Shown piece after piece: positions 29,217 to 39,650 of a stretch of DNA of 41,294 nucleotides. The DNA lies in NCBI GenBank assembly GCA_002167365.1, contig NHCU01000024.1:1-41294 (forward strand), read 5' to 3'. Position 1 is the stretch's first letter. Every line of letters begins with the position of its first letter. The notes under the pieces were generated by a model. It was not told where the DNA came from, made no database searches, and worked only from the letters and a program-made list of their open reading frames with translations. Source of the stretch: Betaproteobacteria bacterium TMED41. Its GTDB lineage: Bacteria > Pseudomonadota > Gammaproteobacteria > Burkholderiales > Burkholderiaceae_A. Both the position numbers and the translations under genes were made by a program.

Positions 29217-31859
29217 TCAAAGGTCCGTATTCTTTAAACTTTTTTTCCACTTAAAAAGTAAATTCAGTGCTGTATTAGGAGAACAATTATTTGGATCGAT
29301 GTTGCAAATTTCCTTAGCTATTTTTTTAAATAGATCACTTTCAAATTTTTGTCTAGCCGATTTAATTTCATTATTTTTTTCTTGGTTATTGGAAGAAGTT
29401 GAATGTGAAATTATTTTTGCATGTTGAATTATTGGCAATGGAATTCCGGCTAGTTTTGCAACTTTTAAGCCAAAACTTTTACTGGCAGGTCCTTCTTTTA
29501 GTTCATATAAAAAAATAATTTTCTCCTCTTCTTCTTTTGTTGTTATGTGAAAGTTTTTGATTTGATTTTGAGTTTTTTCTAATTCTGTTAATTCGAAATA
29601 GTGCGTTGCAAATAGACACAGGGCTTTTGTTTTTTGTGCGAGTTGAGTTGCTATAGCTGTAGCTAATGCAAGGCCATCGGAGGTGGATGTTCCCCTACCT
29701 ATTTCATCTAATAAAACTAGACTTTTGTTTGTGCTTTCATGAAGAATCTTTGCGGCTTCATTCATTTCAACCATGAACGTTGATCTGCCACCAGCAAGAT
29801 CGTCTGCAGCACCTATTCTGGTAAAAATTCTGTCAACAATTCCAATTTTTGCTTTTTTTGCTGGAAGAGGTGAACCTATTCTCCCCAAAATGACTATAAG
29901 AGCAACCTGTTTCATATAGGTTGACTTACCACTCATGTTGGGACCTGTTAGTAACATCATGCTTTTTTTATCATTTAGCTTCGTATCATTTGGATAATAG
30001 TTATGTTCAAAACTTAAAGAGTCTTTATTTGAGGCTAATACAGGATGAGAGCCTTGCTCAATAATAATTTCTGGTTTGTTTGTTAATTCGGGTAATATCC
30101 ATTTGTTTTCGGAAATTTTTAGGGCTAAAGTTGCAAATACATCAAATAAACAAACTGATTCAGATAAGTCGAATAAAAAATCAGTGTTTTTCTTCAAGTC
30201 ATCTAGAAGGTGACCAAAAATGATCTGTTCACGTTCGACGGCGTTCTCTTTGGCAAAAAGTATTTTATCCTCCAGCTCTTTTAATTCTGGTGTTGTGAAT
30301 CTCTCAGAGTTTTTTAATGTTTGTTTTCTCACATAGTTTTCAGGAACTTTGTTTTTATTGCTATCAGTGACTTCAAAAAAATATCCATGGGCAGGACTGT
30401 AGCCAATTTTTAAATTTGAAATTCCTGTTTTACTTTTGTGCTCAATCTCTAGCTTCTTTAAAAAGTCATTGCTCTTTTTTTCTATACGTCGGAAGTTATC
30501 AAGTATTTCGTCAAATCCATCCTGAATGAATCCACCATATTTCATTTTATTACTAAAGTCATATGACAAACAATTTGTAATTCTTGCAACCAGTGAATGT
30601 AGCTTTGAATTTGAAAAACTCTGATAAACAGTTTCAATGTATTTGTTATTACTGGCTTTTATTAAATGACTAAGTTCATGTATTTTTATAAGATTTTGAG
30701 AAAGAGAACAAAGCTCTCTTGGAGAAGTGTTTCCTAACGAAATCCTTGCCGCTACTCTGCTTATGTCGATAATGCCTTTTAGTGCAGAGTGTAACCGTGG
30801 CCTTTCCGAAATCCAATGAATACTTTTTTGTCTTTCTAGCAAGAATTCGTTACTTGACAGTGGGGATAAGACCCAGTTGTTTAAAAGTCTTGATCCGCCA
30901 CTGGTTTGACATCTGTCTAAACATGAAATTAATGTAATATTTTTTTCCGAGTTATCATACAAGGGTTTATTGAGTTCTAATGCTTTTTGGGCTGTAGTGT
31001 CGAGAATTACAAATTGAGATTGTTTGATTTTTTTTGGGAACCTAAGATATTTTATGGGTTGACCAATGTTTTTTTCTGCGTAATTAATCAAAGCACTCAT
31101 AGACTCTAATACAGAATTGACACCAGTTAATTCTATTGATTCTAATGAGTGAATTGCCAACCTTTTTTTTAGAGTGGAAGTACCCTTTTCTGCATCAAAT
31201 TCCCATGATGGAAGAGGTACTATTTTATTTTGAGGAACTATTTCTTTAAGAGAGAAAAAAACATTTTTTGGTTCTAGGTCTTTATCGTTAGGATTTAAGT
31301 TTTTTTTTGTATCTGGAATCAGAATTTCACCAATATCGAATTTAGAGATGGCTGTAAGTATTTGTTCACAAGGAGCTTGGTCTGTGACTTTAACGATATC
31401 AGGTTTAAACCAAAATAATTCTCCTGTAGAAACATCAATCAATGAAATCCCAGAAGATAAATTTATGCACATTAGCCAAGTTTGTGTTTTCTCAGAGACA
31501 AGCCCACTATCAAATAATGTTCCTGCGGTTACTATCCTTACGACTTTTCTTTCTACAAGACCCTTGTAACCCACAGGATCACTTACCTGTTCACAAATAG
31601 CAACTGTTTTTCCAGCATTGATCAGCTTTTTAAGATAATTTTGATGTGCAGATACAGGAACTCCCGCCATTAGAACTGGTTCGTTTGCACTTTTACCTCT
31701 TTGAGTTAAAGTTATTCCAAGAATTCGTGAGGCTTCTAATGCATCGCCATAGAAAAGCTCATAGAAATCACCCATCCTGAAAAAAACCAAGTTATTTGGA
31801 TGGTTTTTCTTTATTTTCAAAAATTGTTTTATTACAGGAGTATGACCTTCAAGGTTCAT
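29217..31859 (-). CDS. mutS: DNA mismatch repair protein MutS
   Basis: TPVIKQFLKIKKNHPNNLVFFRMGDFYELFYGDA, the Walker A TGPNMSGKST, and DEIGRGTSTSDG. Confidence 0.96.
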   Translation of the reverse strand: MNLEGHTPVIKQFLKIKKNHPNNLVFFRMGDFYELFYGDALEASRILGITLTQRGKSANEPVLMAGVPVSAHQNYLKKLINAGKTVAICEQVSDPVGYKGLVERKVVRIVTAGTLFDSGLVSEKTQTWLMCINLSSGISLIDVSTGELFWFKPDIVKVTDQAPCEQILTAISKFDIGEILIPDTKKNLNPNDKDLEPKNVFFSLKEIVPQNKIVPLPSWEFDAEKGTSTLKKRLAIHSLESIELTGVNSVLESMSALINYAEKNIGQPIKYLRFPKKIKQSQFVILDTTAQKALELNKPLYDNSEKNITLISCLDRCQTSGGSRLLNNWVLSPLSSNEFLLERQKSIHWISERPRLHSALKGIIDISRVAARISLGNTSPRELCSLSQNLIKIHELSHLIKASNNKYIETVYQSFSNSKLHSLVARITNCLSYDFSNKMKYGGFIQDGFDEILDNFRRIEKKSNDFLKKLEIEHKSKTGISNLKIGYSPAHGYFFEVTDSNKNKVPENYVRKQTLKNSERFTTPELKELEDKILFAKENAVEREQIIFGHLLDDLKKNTDFLFDLSESVCLFDVFATLALKISENKWILPELTNKPEIIIEQGSHPVLASNKDSLSFEHNYYPNDTKLNDKKSMMLLTGPNMSGKSTYMKQVALIVILGRIGSPLPAKKAKIGIVDRIFTRIGAADDLAGGRSTFMVEMNEAAKILHESTNKSLVLLDEIGRGTSTSDGLALATAIATQLAQKTKALCLFATHYFELTELEKTQNQIKNFHITTKEEEEKIIFLYELKEGPASKSFGLKVAKLAGIPLPIIQHAKIISHSTSSNNQEKNNEIKSARQKFESDLFKKIAKEICNIDPNNCSPNTALNLLFKWKKSLKNTDL

Positions 31860-32692
31860 TAGCTGACTTTTATTCTGGGTTTAATTGAAAACTCATGATT
31901 TGATAAAGTTCTGATGAGCAAAGCAAATATTTTTGGATTAGCGGCCACGATGTTGGAGGAAAATAAATAATCGTTGTCTCCATTAAAGTTTCCAACAAAC
32001 CCTCCAGCCTCTTGTACAATAAGACTGCCAGCAGCTGAGTCCCATGGCATTAGCCCTATTTCAAAAAAACCGTCAAAACGTCCTGATGCAACATAGCAGA
32101 GTTCTAAAGCAGCAGAGCCAATTCTTCTAATACTTATAGATGACTTTGAAATAGTTTGCAAAACTGAATAATAACTGTCAAATAAATCTGGGTCTCTTGG
32201 AGGAAATCCCGTAGCAATTAAAGATGATTGAAGTCTAATTTGTTTAGAAACTCGGAGTCTGCGATCGTTTAGATAAGCACCCCTACCCTTGGACGCAGTA
32301 AAAAGCTCGTCGCGTGAAGGATCATAAACTACTGCCTGTTCAATCTCTTTCTTGTGATGCAGTGCTATGGATACGCAATAATTAGGGAGACCATGAATGA
32401 AATTGGTTGTCCCATCAATTGGGTCTATGATCCATGTAGGGTGATTATAAGAAAATTTAATGGGTTCATTTTTCCCAGAAGAGGTTGCTTCCTCAGCAAG
32501 AAAATGGTGACTTGGATAAGCTAATTTCAGTATGTTTATTATTTCACTCTCGCAATTTTTATCTATGTCAGTTACAAAATCATTTTTTTCTTTCTGAGAT
32601 ATTTTGATAATTCCGGGATCAAGACTAGCTCGATTAATGATTGATCCAGCTTTTCTAGCAGCCTTTATGGCAGTATTTAACATCGGGTGCAT
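31859..32692 (-). CDS. suhB: Inositol-1-monophosphatase family protein
   Basis: FLAEE and WIIDPIDGTTNF, the WD..AG motif (PWDSAAG). Divergent from trmJ as in E. coli and betaproteobacteria. Confidence 0.9.
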   Translation of the reverse strand: MHPMLNTAIKAARKAGSIINRASLDPGIIKISQKEKNDFVTDIDKNCESEIINILKLAYPSHHFLAEEATSSGKNEPIKFSYNHPTWIIDPIDGTTNFIHGLPNYCVSIALHHKKEIEQAVVYDPSRDELFTASKGRGAYLNDRRLRVSKQIRLQSSLIATGFPPRDPDLFDSYYSVLQTISKSSISIRRIGSAALELCYVASGRFDGFFEIGLMPWDSAAGSLIVQEAGGFVGNFNGDNDYLFSSNIVAANPKIFALLIRTLSNHEFSIKPRIKVS

Positions 32693-32725
32693 AAGTTTCC
32701 TTTAACTTAATATTAATCAATTGTA

Positions 32726-33538
32726 ATGAACACAAACCAAAACAAGTTTATTTATGACAATTTAAATAGAATTAATTGGATTTTTGTTGATTTAAGCCAT
32801 CCTGGAAATCTCGGAGCATGTGCTAGAGCTTTAAAGGTAATGGGTGCATCAAATATTAATTTAGTAAATCCAAAAAAAAAGGGATTAGGCTCAGATGATG
32901 TTGCAATCAGAAGAGCTGCTGGTGCAAAAGATGTCTTGCATTCATCCACAGTCTCAACTTTTGAGAAAGCTAGCAAAAATGCTAATTGTGTAATTGCATT
33001 TTCCTCAAGAAAAAGATCACTTCAACCACCAGAAATAGAATTTGATAGCATGATAAACATGGTTGTTAAATTACTGTTATCCTCTAAACAACACAGGGCC
33101 TCAATGGTTTTTGGCGGTGAGAGAGTGGGTTTACATAATGAAGATTTAATAAAATGCACTCACGTTTGCAAATTTAACGTAAACCCTATTTACTCCTCGT
33201 TAAATTTGTCACATGCTGTTCAATTAGTATCTTACGCCTTGAGGATAGAACTAATAAAACAATTTTTGATTTTGACTGATTCTAAAAGTTTAATTGATCG
33301 GGAGAATAAAAAAAATAAATTCACTTCAAAAAATGTTTGCATTACCCAAGAAAAAATTTTAAGTCTCAAAAATTCCTTTTTGGAATTAACTAAAGATGTA
33401 GGACTGATTAAATCAAATAATGCGGGAAGAATTGAACAAAGAATTAGTAGAATCTTGGCTACATCTAATCTTTCTGAAAACGACTTTAAACTTTTGCAAA
33501 GTTTTTTTGCTTTGATAAAAAAAAAATTGAAAGATTAA
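32726..33538 (+). CDS. trmJ: tRNA (cytidine/uridine-2'-O-)-methyltransferase TrmJ (SpoU/TrmH family)
   Basis: [30 protein letters not shown] and [13 protein letters not shown]. suhB<>trmJ-cysE synteny. Confidence 0.8.
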   Translation: MNTNQNKFIYDNLNRINWIFVDLSHPGNLGACARALKVMGASNINLVNPKKKGLGSDDVAIRRAAGAKDVLHSSTVSTFEKASKNANCVIAFSSRKRSLQPPEIEFDSMINMVVKLLLSSKQHRASMVFGGERVGLHNEDLIKCTHVCKFNVNPIYSSLNLSHAVQLVSYALRIELIKQFLILTDSKSLIDRENKKNKFTSKNVCITQEKILSLKNSFLELTKDVGLIKSNNAGRIEQRISRILATSNLSENDFKLLQSFFALIKKKLKD

Positions 33539-33560
33539 ATTCAAAAAAATAAGAGAAAAA

Positions 33561-34259
33561 ATGAAAAAATATAAATTTTTAGAAGACATTGATACCATTT
33601 CACTTCGAGACCCTGCTGCAAAATCTTGGTTTGAAGTGGTTTCTTGTTACCCTGGACTTCATGCGCTTTGGAGCCATCGTGTTTCTCATGTTTTATGGAA
33701 AACCCAGTTCTCCGCTCTAATGTTACTTGCAAGGTTTTTATCCACGTTATCTAGAATGATAACTGGGATTGAAATTCATCCAGGGGTAAAGATTGGTAGA
33801 AGGCTTTTTATTGATCACGGGCATGGTGTTGTAATAGGAGAAACTTCAGAAATTGGAGATGATTGTACTATTTATCAGGGAGTGACTTTGGGAGGAACCT
33901 CTTTGGAAAAAGGGGAGAAGAGGCATCCTACTATTGGGGATGAAGTTGTTATAGGAGCAGGTGCAAAAGTTTTAGGGCCTTTTGTAGTTGGTTCAAGGGC
34001 AAAGATTGGGTCAAACGCTGTTGTCGTCGAAGCTGTGTTACCCGATACAACTGTTGTTGGCATCCCAGCAAGAGCTATTGGAAAGGATCAAATTTCGGAA
34101 CAAACATCAGGATCTGATTTTCATGCATATGGTGTATCAGGTGCGATGAAAGATCCGGTTGATGAAAAATTGGAGCGAATTAATAGGTTGCTAAAAGATC
34201 AAGATGAGGAATTGAAGGCTTTAAAAATTAAATTAGGTGTCAAGTCAAAATCTGACTGA
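33561..34259 (+). CDS. cysE: Serine O-acetyltransferase
   Basis: [27 protein letters not shown], and hexapeptide repeats [44 protein letters not shown]. Confidence 0.9.
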   Translation: MKKYKFLEDIDTISLRDPAAKSWFEVVSCYPGLHALWSHRVSHVLWKTQFSALMLLARFLSTLSRMITGIEIHPGVKIGRRLFIDHGHGVVIGETSEIGDDCTIYQGVTLGGTSLEKGEKRHPTIGDEVVIGAGAKVLGPFVVGSRAKIGSNAVVVEAVLPDTTVVGIPARAIGKDQISEQTSGSDFHAYGVSGAMKDPVDEKLERINRLLKDQDEELKALKIKLGVKSKSD

Positions 34260-35037
34260 CAACATTTCTTTTTACATACAGAGCCCCACCATGAACATTT
34301 CCATAATCGTCAAAGGTCCAATTAGGAATTACCCATCTAAGTCTTCCAGATGGCAAGGTAGTTTTTCCTGGTAAGTGAGTATGTCCATGAATCAGCATAT
34401 AAGCATTGTTTTTTTTTAGTAAAGTTTCAACTGCTTTATGGTTAACGTCCATGATTTCCATGGATTTCAATTTTTTTCCTTCTTCACTACTTGCCCTCAA
34501 AGATCCTGCTATTTTTTGTCTCTCAATTAGTGGTTTAGACCCAAATTTTTTTTTCCAATCGCTGGTTTGTACCATTTTTCTGAATACTTGATGCTGAATG
34601 TCGTCAGTGCAAAGTTCATCTCCGTGAACTAGTAATATTTCATCTTTACTTTCATTAAATTGTAATTTGACCATTGGAGCCAATTGTTTAGCATGAATGT
34701 GGGAAAGCAGTTGATCACCCATTAAAAAATCTCTATTGCCGTGCATAATTCCTATCGATATGTCTAGCTTTTTAAGGGAAAGAAAACATTCCTTTAAACT
34801 TTTAATTACTTTATCAAATGAATATCTTTTTTCAGAGTAGATAAGATCATCTCCAACCCAATGATCAAATAAATCACCCAAGATCAGTAACCATTGGGGC
34901 TTCTCTTTTAGATCACCCCTAAGGCAATATTTCGTTACCCAGTCACAAAAAAAATTTGCAATTGGCAAATTTTCAGGGCTTAAGTGTAAATCTGAACAAA
35001 TTAAAACACTTTCAGCTTTAATTTTGGATATGGTCAT
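34240..35037 (-). CDS. lpxH: UDP-2,3-diacylglucosamine diphosphatase
   Basis: Calcineurin-like metallophosphoesterase motifs SDLHLS, LGDLFD, GNRDF and HGHTH. ppiB-lpxH synteny. Confidence 0.88.
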   Translation of the reverse strand: MTISKIKAESVLICSDLHLSPENLPIANFFCDWVTKYCLRGDLKEKPQWLLILGDLFDHWVGDDLIYSEKRYSFDKVIKSLKECFLSLKKLDISIGIMHGNRDFLMGDQLLSHIHAKQLAPMVKLQFNESKDEILLVHGDELCTDDIQHQVFRKMVQTSDWKKKFGSKPLIERQKIAGSLRASSEEGKKLKSMEIMDVNHKAVETLLKKNNAYMLIHGHTHLPGKTTLPSGRLRWVIPNWTFDDYGNVHGGALYVKRNVVSQILT

Positions 35038-35531
35038 TTTCTTATAATAGCCTTATTGATTAATACTGGTTCAATTGGAACATCATCATAAAAACCTTTG
35101 GTAGTTGTTGGAACCTCGGCTATTTTTTTTACCACGTCAATGCCCTCAATGACTTTGCCGAATACCGCATAACCCCAACCACTCATAGATTTTCCGCTAT
35201 GATCAAGAAAATCATTATCAACCAAGTTGATGAAAAATTGTGCTGAGGCCGAATGAGGATCACTAGTCCTGGCCATTGCTAGAGTGAAAGCTTTATTTTT
35301 TAGACCGTTATCTGCCTCATTCTTGATTGATTTATTAGTTTCCTTTTCTTTCATGTTTTTTTCAAAACCGCCACCTTGTATCATGAATCCATCAATAACT
35401 CTATGAAAAATCGTCTTATTGTAATGGTCTTCGCGAACATATTCTAAAAAATTCTCGACTGTTTTCGGAGCTTTCTTCTTATATAATTCAATCACGATTT
35501 TTCCTAAACTTGTCTCAAATTCAACATTCAT
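35034..35531 (-). CDS. ppiB: Peptidyl-prolyl cis-trans isomerase B (cytoplasmic cyclophilin)
   Basis: [35 protein letters not shown] and GYAVFGKV. Confidence 0.93.
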   Translation of the reverse strand: MNVEFETSLGKIVIELYKKKAPKTVENFLEYVREDHYNKTIFHRVIDGFMIQGGGFEKNMKEKETNKSIKNEADNGLKNKAFTLAMARTSDPHSASAQFFINLVDNDFLDHSGKSMSGWGYAVFGKVIEGIDVVKKIAEVPTTTKGFYDDVPIEPVLINKAIIRK

Positions 35532-35543
35532 TAAATTTATCTC

Positions 35544-36197
35544 CTATTTTTTTTTAAAATTTCTTATAACTCTGGATTTAGTAAGAAACGGCATTTGATT
35601 CAAATGGTCAAGCTTTTTATCAAGTCTTGAGGACGAAGGTAACTTGGACAGTCCTTTCTTATAAGTGATATTGGCTAGATATACATATAAATCTCCGAGA
35701 TTTTCGTACGCAAGCACATAGTTTGGATTATTTGTAATTGCTTTTTCTAAAGCCTCTCTTGCTTCGTTAGGTTGTCCTCTCATTAAATATAGAACAGAAA
35801 GGTTATTATATGGCTCAGAAAGCTCGGGAAATTCTTCTGTAAATCTTTCAAAACTCTCAATTGCCCGATTTGTTTCAATTTTTACCGAAGAAAGATCAGA
35901 ATTATCACTATTTTGGTTGATAATAGCAAATTCAGCAAGAAGTACAGCTTTAAGATACCTCCATTGGGCATCACGGGGTTTTATTTTCAGTTGTTCGTAA
36001 ATTTTATGTTTTGCCTCTTCCAGACGACCAAGCTCAATTAATTCTCGTGTGTTTTCAATTTCTTGGGAAGATTGAAACTTTTGCTGAAATGATTTAGATG
36101 TTTGTACTTGCGACAAACAAAAGTTATGGACACTAATCGTCAAGAATACAACAACAATTTTAATTAAACTTTTGCTCAGTGAAAGATCGTTAAACAT
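35544..36197 (-). CDS. Secreted tetratricopeptide-repeat protein
   Basis: N-terminal signal-like hydrophobic segment and TPR-like repeats (EPYNNLSVLYLMRGQPNEAREALEKAITNNPNYVLAYENLGDLY). Function unknown. Confidence 0.6.
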   Translation of the reverse strand: MFNDLSLSKSLIKIVVVFLTISVHNFCLSQVQTSKSFQQKFQSSQEIENTRELIELGRLEEAKHKIYEQLKIKPRDAQWRYLKAVLLAEFAIINQNSDNSDLSSVKIETNRAIESFERFTEEFPELSEPYNNLSVLYLMRGQPNEAREALEKAITNNPNYVLAYENLGDLYVYLANITYKKGLSKLPSSSRLDKKLDHLNQMPFLTKSRVIRNFKKK

Positions 36198-36239
36198 AAT
36201 TTATTATTAACCTTTCTTAAAAAAAAACATGGTGCGATT

Positions 36240-37673
36240 TTGAAAATTTTTAACAGCATGGGAAGAAAAAAACAAGATTTCGTCCCTTTGGTCAACGGTA
36301 AAGTCAGTATATACGTGTGTGGGATGACTGTTTATGATTATTGTCATTTAGGTCATGCAAGGGTGATGGTTTTTTTTGATATTGTTCGTCGTTGGTTTGA
36401 GGCATGCGGCTTTAAAGTTAATTATGTAAGGAATATAACTGATATAGATGACAAAATTATAGCCCGCTCAATTTCGGAAAAAATTTCTATTCGTGAACTT
36501 ACTGATAAATTTATTTTTGAAATGAAAAAAGATGCTAAGTGTTTAGGAGTTCTAGACCCATCACACGAGCCTAGGGCCACTGAGTATGTGCCTCAAATGT
36601 TGGAGTTAATAAAAAGATTGGAATCTTTAGGCTATGCTTATGAGTCCAATGGCGATGTCAATTTTGCTGTGCGAAGATTGAAATCTTACGGAAAATTATC
36701 TGGTAAATCGATAGATGAATTGAGATCAGGTGAAAGAGTTTTAGTCGGTGAAGACAAAAAAGATCCCCTCGATTTTGTTCTTTGGAAAAAAACTAAACCT
36801 CATGAACCCGAAGAAGCTTCCTGGAAATCTCCATACGGAGATGGAAGACCTGGTTGGCATATAGAATGTTCAACAATGAGTAGTGAAATTCTTGGACCGC
36901 GCTTTGATATTCATGGCGGAGGAATTGATTTGCAATTTCCTCACCATGAAAATGAAATTGCACAGTCAGAGGGCGCATTTGGTTGCTACAATAACAATAA
37001 TTTGGTTAGCACATGGATGCACGTTGGTTTTGTAACTGTTGAAAAAGAAAAAATGTCTAAGTCACTTGGAAATTTTTCAACCATTAGGGAAATTCTTGTA
37101 GACAATGATCCCGAGTCTGTTCGGTACTTTTTGTTAAAAGGTCATTACAGAAGTCCCATTAACTATTCACTTGAACAAATTAAAAGTGCTAAAAATTCTC
37201 TCAGAAGTCTTTATCATGTTTTGGAAATTGGAGATGAAACAGGTGAATTATCAAAAACCGAACAATTGAGATACATTGATAGAGCAATGAAGTCTGATGA
37301 TCCCTTCGCTAAGGATTTTAGAGACGCTCTTCAGGATGATTTTAATACCCCAAAAGCACTAACTATTTTGTTTGGTTTCGCTGCTCAATTAAAAATTCAA
37401 ATAAAATCCCAGCAAAAATTCCAAATTACGGTTTTTAGAGGTTTAGGGCTTATTTTGGGTTTTTTTGCAAGATCTCCTGAGCAAGAAAGACACTTGATAG
37501 TTGGCCCAAATTCACAAATCTCCGAAGAGGAAATAAAAAAACTATTAGTAGAGAGAAACTTAGCAAAAAACAAAAAAGATTTTCAAAAGGCCGATGAAAT
37601 AAGAAATATCTTAAACTCTCGAGGTATTATGTTAGAGGATGGTGTAAGTAAAACAAAATGGAGGAGAACCTAA
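36240..37673 (+). CDS. cysS: Cysteine--tRNA ligase
   Basis: YVCGMTVYDYCHLGHAR (HIGH) and KMSKSLGN. The TTG start is supported because MKIFNSMGRKKQDF parallels the E. coli MLKIFNTLTRQKEEF. Confidence 0.95.
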   Translation: MKIFNSMGRKKQDFVPLVNGKVSIYVCGMTVYDYCHLGHARVMVFFDIVRRWFEACGFKVNYVRNITDIDDKIIARSISEKISIRELTDKFIFEMKKDAKCLGVLDPSHEPRATEYVPQMLELIKRLESLGYAYESNGDVNFAVRRLKSYGKLSGKSIDELRSGERVLVGEDKKDPLDFVLWKKTKPHEPEEASWKSPYGDGRPGWHIECSTMSSEILGPRFDIHGGGIDLQFPHHENEIAQSEGAFGCYNNNNLVSTWMHVGFVTVEKEKMSKSLGNFSTIREILVDNDPESVRYFLLKGHYRSPINYSLEQIKSAKNSLRSLYHVLEIGDETGELSKTEQLRYIDRAMKSDDPFAKDFRDALQDDFNTPKALTILFGFAAQLKIQIKSQQKFQITVFRGLGLILGFFARSPEQERHLIVGPNSQISEEEIKKLLVERNLAKNKKDFQKADEIRNILNSRGIMLEDGVSKTKWRRT

Positions 37674-37704
37674 CTTTTTTTAAGCTTTCTTAGGTAACAA
37701 AATT

Positions 37705-38667
37705 ATGAAGTTAACTTTCTTAGATTTTGAACAACCATTGGCAGAATTGAATGAGCGAATAGAAGAGTTGCGCCTTGTGCAAAATGATTCAGCTTTAGAT
37801 ATAAGTGAAGAAGTAAATCGACTAACCAAAAAAAGTGATGAATTATTAAAAAGTATTTTTAAAAAACTTGATCCATGGAAAATTTCACAGCTAGCAAGGC
37901 ATCCTCAACGACCCTACACACTAGATATCATTTCTTCCATCACCACTAATTTTATCGAATTACATGGGGATAGAGCATTCGCAGATGATCCGGCTATTGT
38001 TGGAGGGCTAGCTCGCTTCAATGGAGAAGCGGTTGTTGTTCTTGGGCATCAAAAAGGTCGGGATTTAAAGGAACGAACCTTTCGAAATTTTGGAATGCCG
38101 AGGCCTGAGGGTTATAGAAAGGCAGCAAGGTTGATGAAATTAGCTGAAAAGTTTTCTTTACCTTTACTAACTTTTGTTGATACTCCTGGAGCTTATCCTG
38201 GAATAGGTGCTGAGGAGAGAGGTCAATCTGAGGCAATTGGAAAAAATCTTTTTTTAATGTCCAGTTTAAAAACTCCAATAATTTCCACAATTATTGGTGA
38301 AGGTGGGTCAGGTGGTGCTTTAGCAATTTCAGTTTCCGACAGGCTTATGATGTTCAAATATGCAATATATTCCGTGATTTCTCCAGAGGGTTGTGCATCT
38401 ATTTTATGGAAAGATGCTGATAAGGCGAGGGATGCCGCCGAGATCTTAGGTATAACCGCAAGTCGTTTGCACGATTTAAACTTAATTGATTTAATTATCG
38501 ATGAGCCTTTAGGGGGCGCACATCGCGACTATTCATTAGCGTGCAAGAATTTGAAAGTGGCCATTGCCGATAGCTTGGAAACACTCAAACAATTAAGCAC
38601 AGACGAACTTATAAACCTAAGACAGGAAAAAATTCGTGGTTTTGGAAAATTTAAAGAGGCCTCCTAG
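37705..38667 (+). CDS. accA: Acetyl-CoA carboxylase carboxyltransferase subunit alpha
   Basis: [51 protein letters not shown] and [10 protein letters not shown]. Confidence 0.95.
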   Translation: MKLTFLDFEQPLAELNERIEELRLVQNDSALDISEEVNRLTKKSDELLKSIFKKLDPWKISQLARHPQRPYTLDIISSITTNFIELHGDRAFADDPAIVGGLARFNGEAVVVLGHQKGRDLKERTFRNFGMPRPEGYRKAARLMKLAEKFSLPLLTFVDTPGAYPGIGAEERGQSEAIGKNLFLMSSLKTPIISTIIGEGGSGGALAISVSDRLMMFKYAIYSVISPEGCASILWKDADKARDAAEILGITASRLHDLNLIDLIIDEPLGGAHRDYSLACKNLKVAIADSLETLKQLSTDELINLRQEKIRGFGKFKEAS

Positions 38668-39649
38668 TCCAGGTTCTAGAATTTTCGTAGGATTGTCGGG
38701 AGGCAGAGATTCCCTGGCTTTACTTCACTTAATAAATAAAAAAATCTTAAACTCAGACAAAGATTCACCTTGGCGAGGATCCGAAGTAAAGGCTATTCAT
38801 ATTAATCACAAACTACAGACCCTTTCAGACCACTTTGAAACTTTTTCAAAGGAGGTATGCAAAAATTTGGGCATTCACATAGAAATAAAGAGTTTAAATA
38901 TTCATAGTGGAACTATCCGAAAATATGGTTTAGAGGCTGCCGCAAGACAAGGGAGGTTTGCTGCATTTCAAAATATATTAACAAATGATAACGATGTGCT
39001 AGCACTGGGTCATCACCTGGATGATCAAATTGAAACAGTTTTTTTGCAGTGGATGAGAGGGGCAGGTATGGAGGGATTAACAGGAATGTTAATTTTGGAT
39101 AAAAAACTCCTAAACGGAAGATTATTAAATGTTTGGCGACCAATGTTAGAAACAACTAGAGTAGAAATTTCAAAATATCTCAAATCTAATAATTTGAAGT
39201 GGGTGGAGGATCCCACAAATGATGACCTTGAACATGATCGAAACTTGCTTAGACACAGAGTAATGCCTATGCTCAAGTTGATACGAAGTGGCGCTCCATC
39301 AGCAATGGGGAGAAGCGTTAAACATTTGCAATCCGCACGACTGTTACTAGAAAAAATGACTAATTCGGCTCTTGAAGTTTGTGAAATTAAGAAACATTCA
39401 AAGTGCAGTCGTATTAAAAGTTTATCTAAATATAGTCTACTTCAATTAGATGACCAGTTGATTTCTAGAGTGTTAAGAGCCTGGTTGATTAAAATGGGTT
39501 TAAGTGTTCCTCCGACAAAACGATTGCAAGAATTCGTTCGTCAGCTTAGAAAGTCATCAAAAAAAACAGGCAGTCTTATTGAGGTAAATGGCGAAAACGG
39601 ATACTTAATAGTTAGCGATATTAATGAATTAACTTTGAAAATTAAATAG
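38636..39649 (+). CDS. tilS: tRNA(Ile)-lysidine synthase, short form (337 aa)
   Basis: PP-loop [15 protein letters not shown] and [21 protein letters not shown] start overlapping accA by 32 nt (TTG at 38642 is an alternative). Confidence 0.85.
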   Translation: MVLENLKRPPSPGSRIFVGLSGGRDSLALLHLINKKILNSDKDSPWRGSEVKAIHINHKLQTLSDHFETFSKEVCKNLGIHIEIKSLNIHSGTIRKYGLEAAARQGRFAAFQNILTNDNDVLALGHHLDDQIETVFLQWMRGAGMEGLTGMLILDKKLLNGRLLNVWRPMLETTRVEISKYLKSNNLKWVEDPTNDDLEHDRNLLRHRVMPMLKLIRSGAPSAMGRSVKHLQSARLLLEKMTNSALEVCEIKKHSKCSRIKSLSKYSLLQLDDQLISRVLRAWLIKMGLSVPPTKRLQEFVRQLRKSSKKTGSLIEVNGENGYLIVSDINELTLKIK

Positions 39650-39650
39650 T

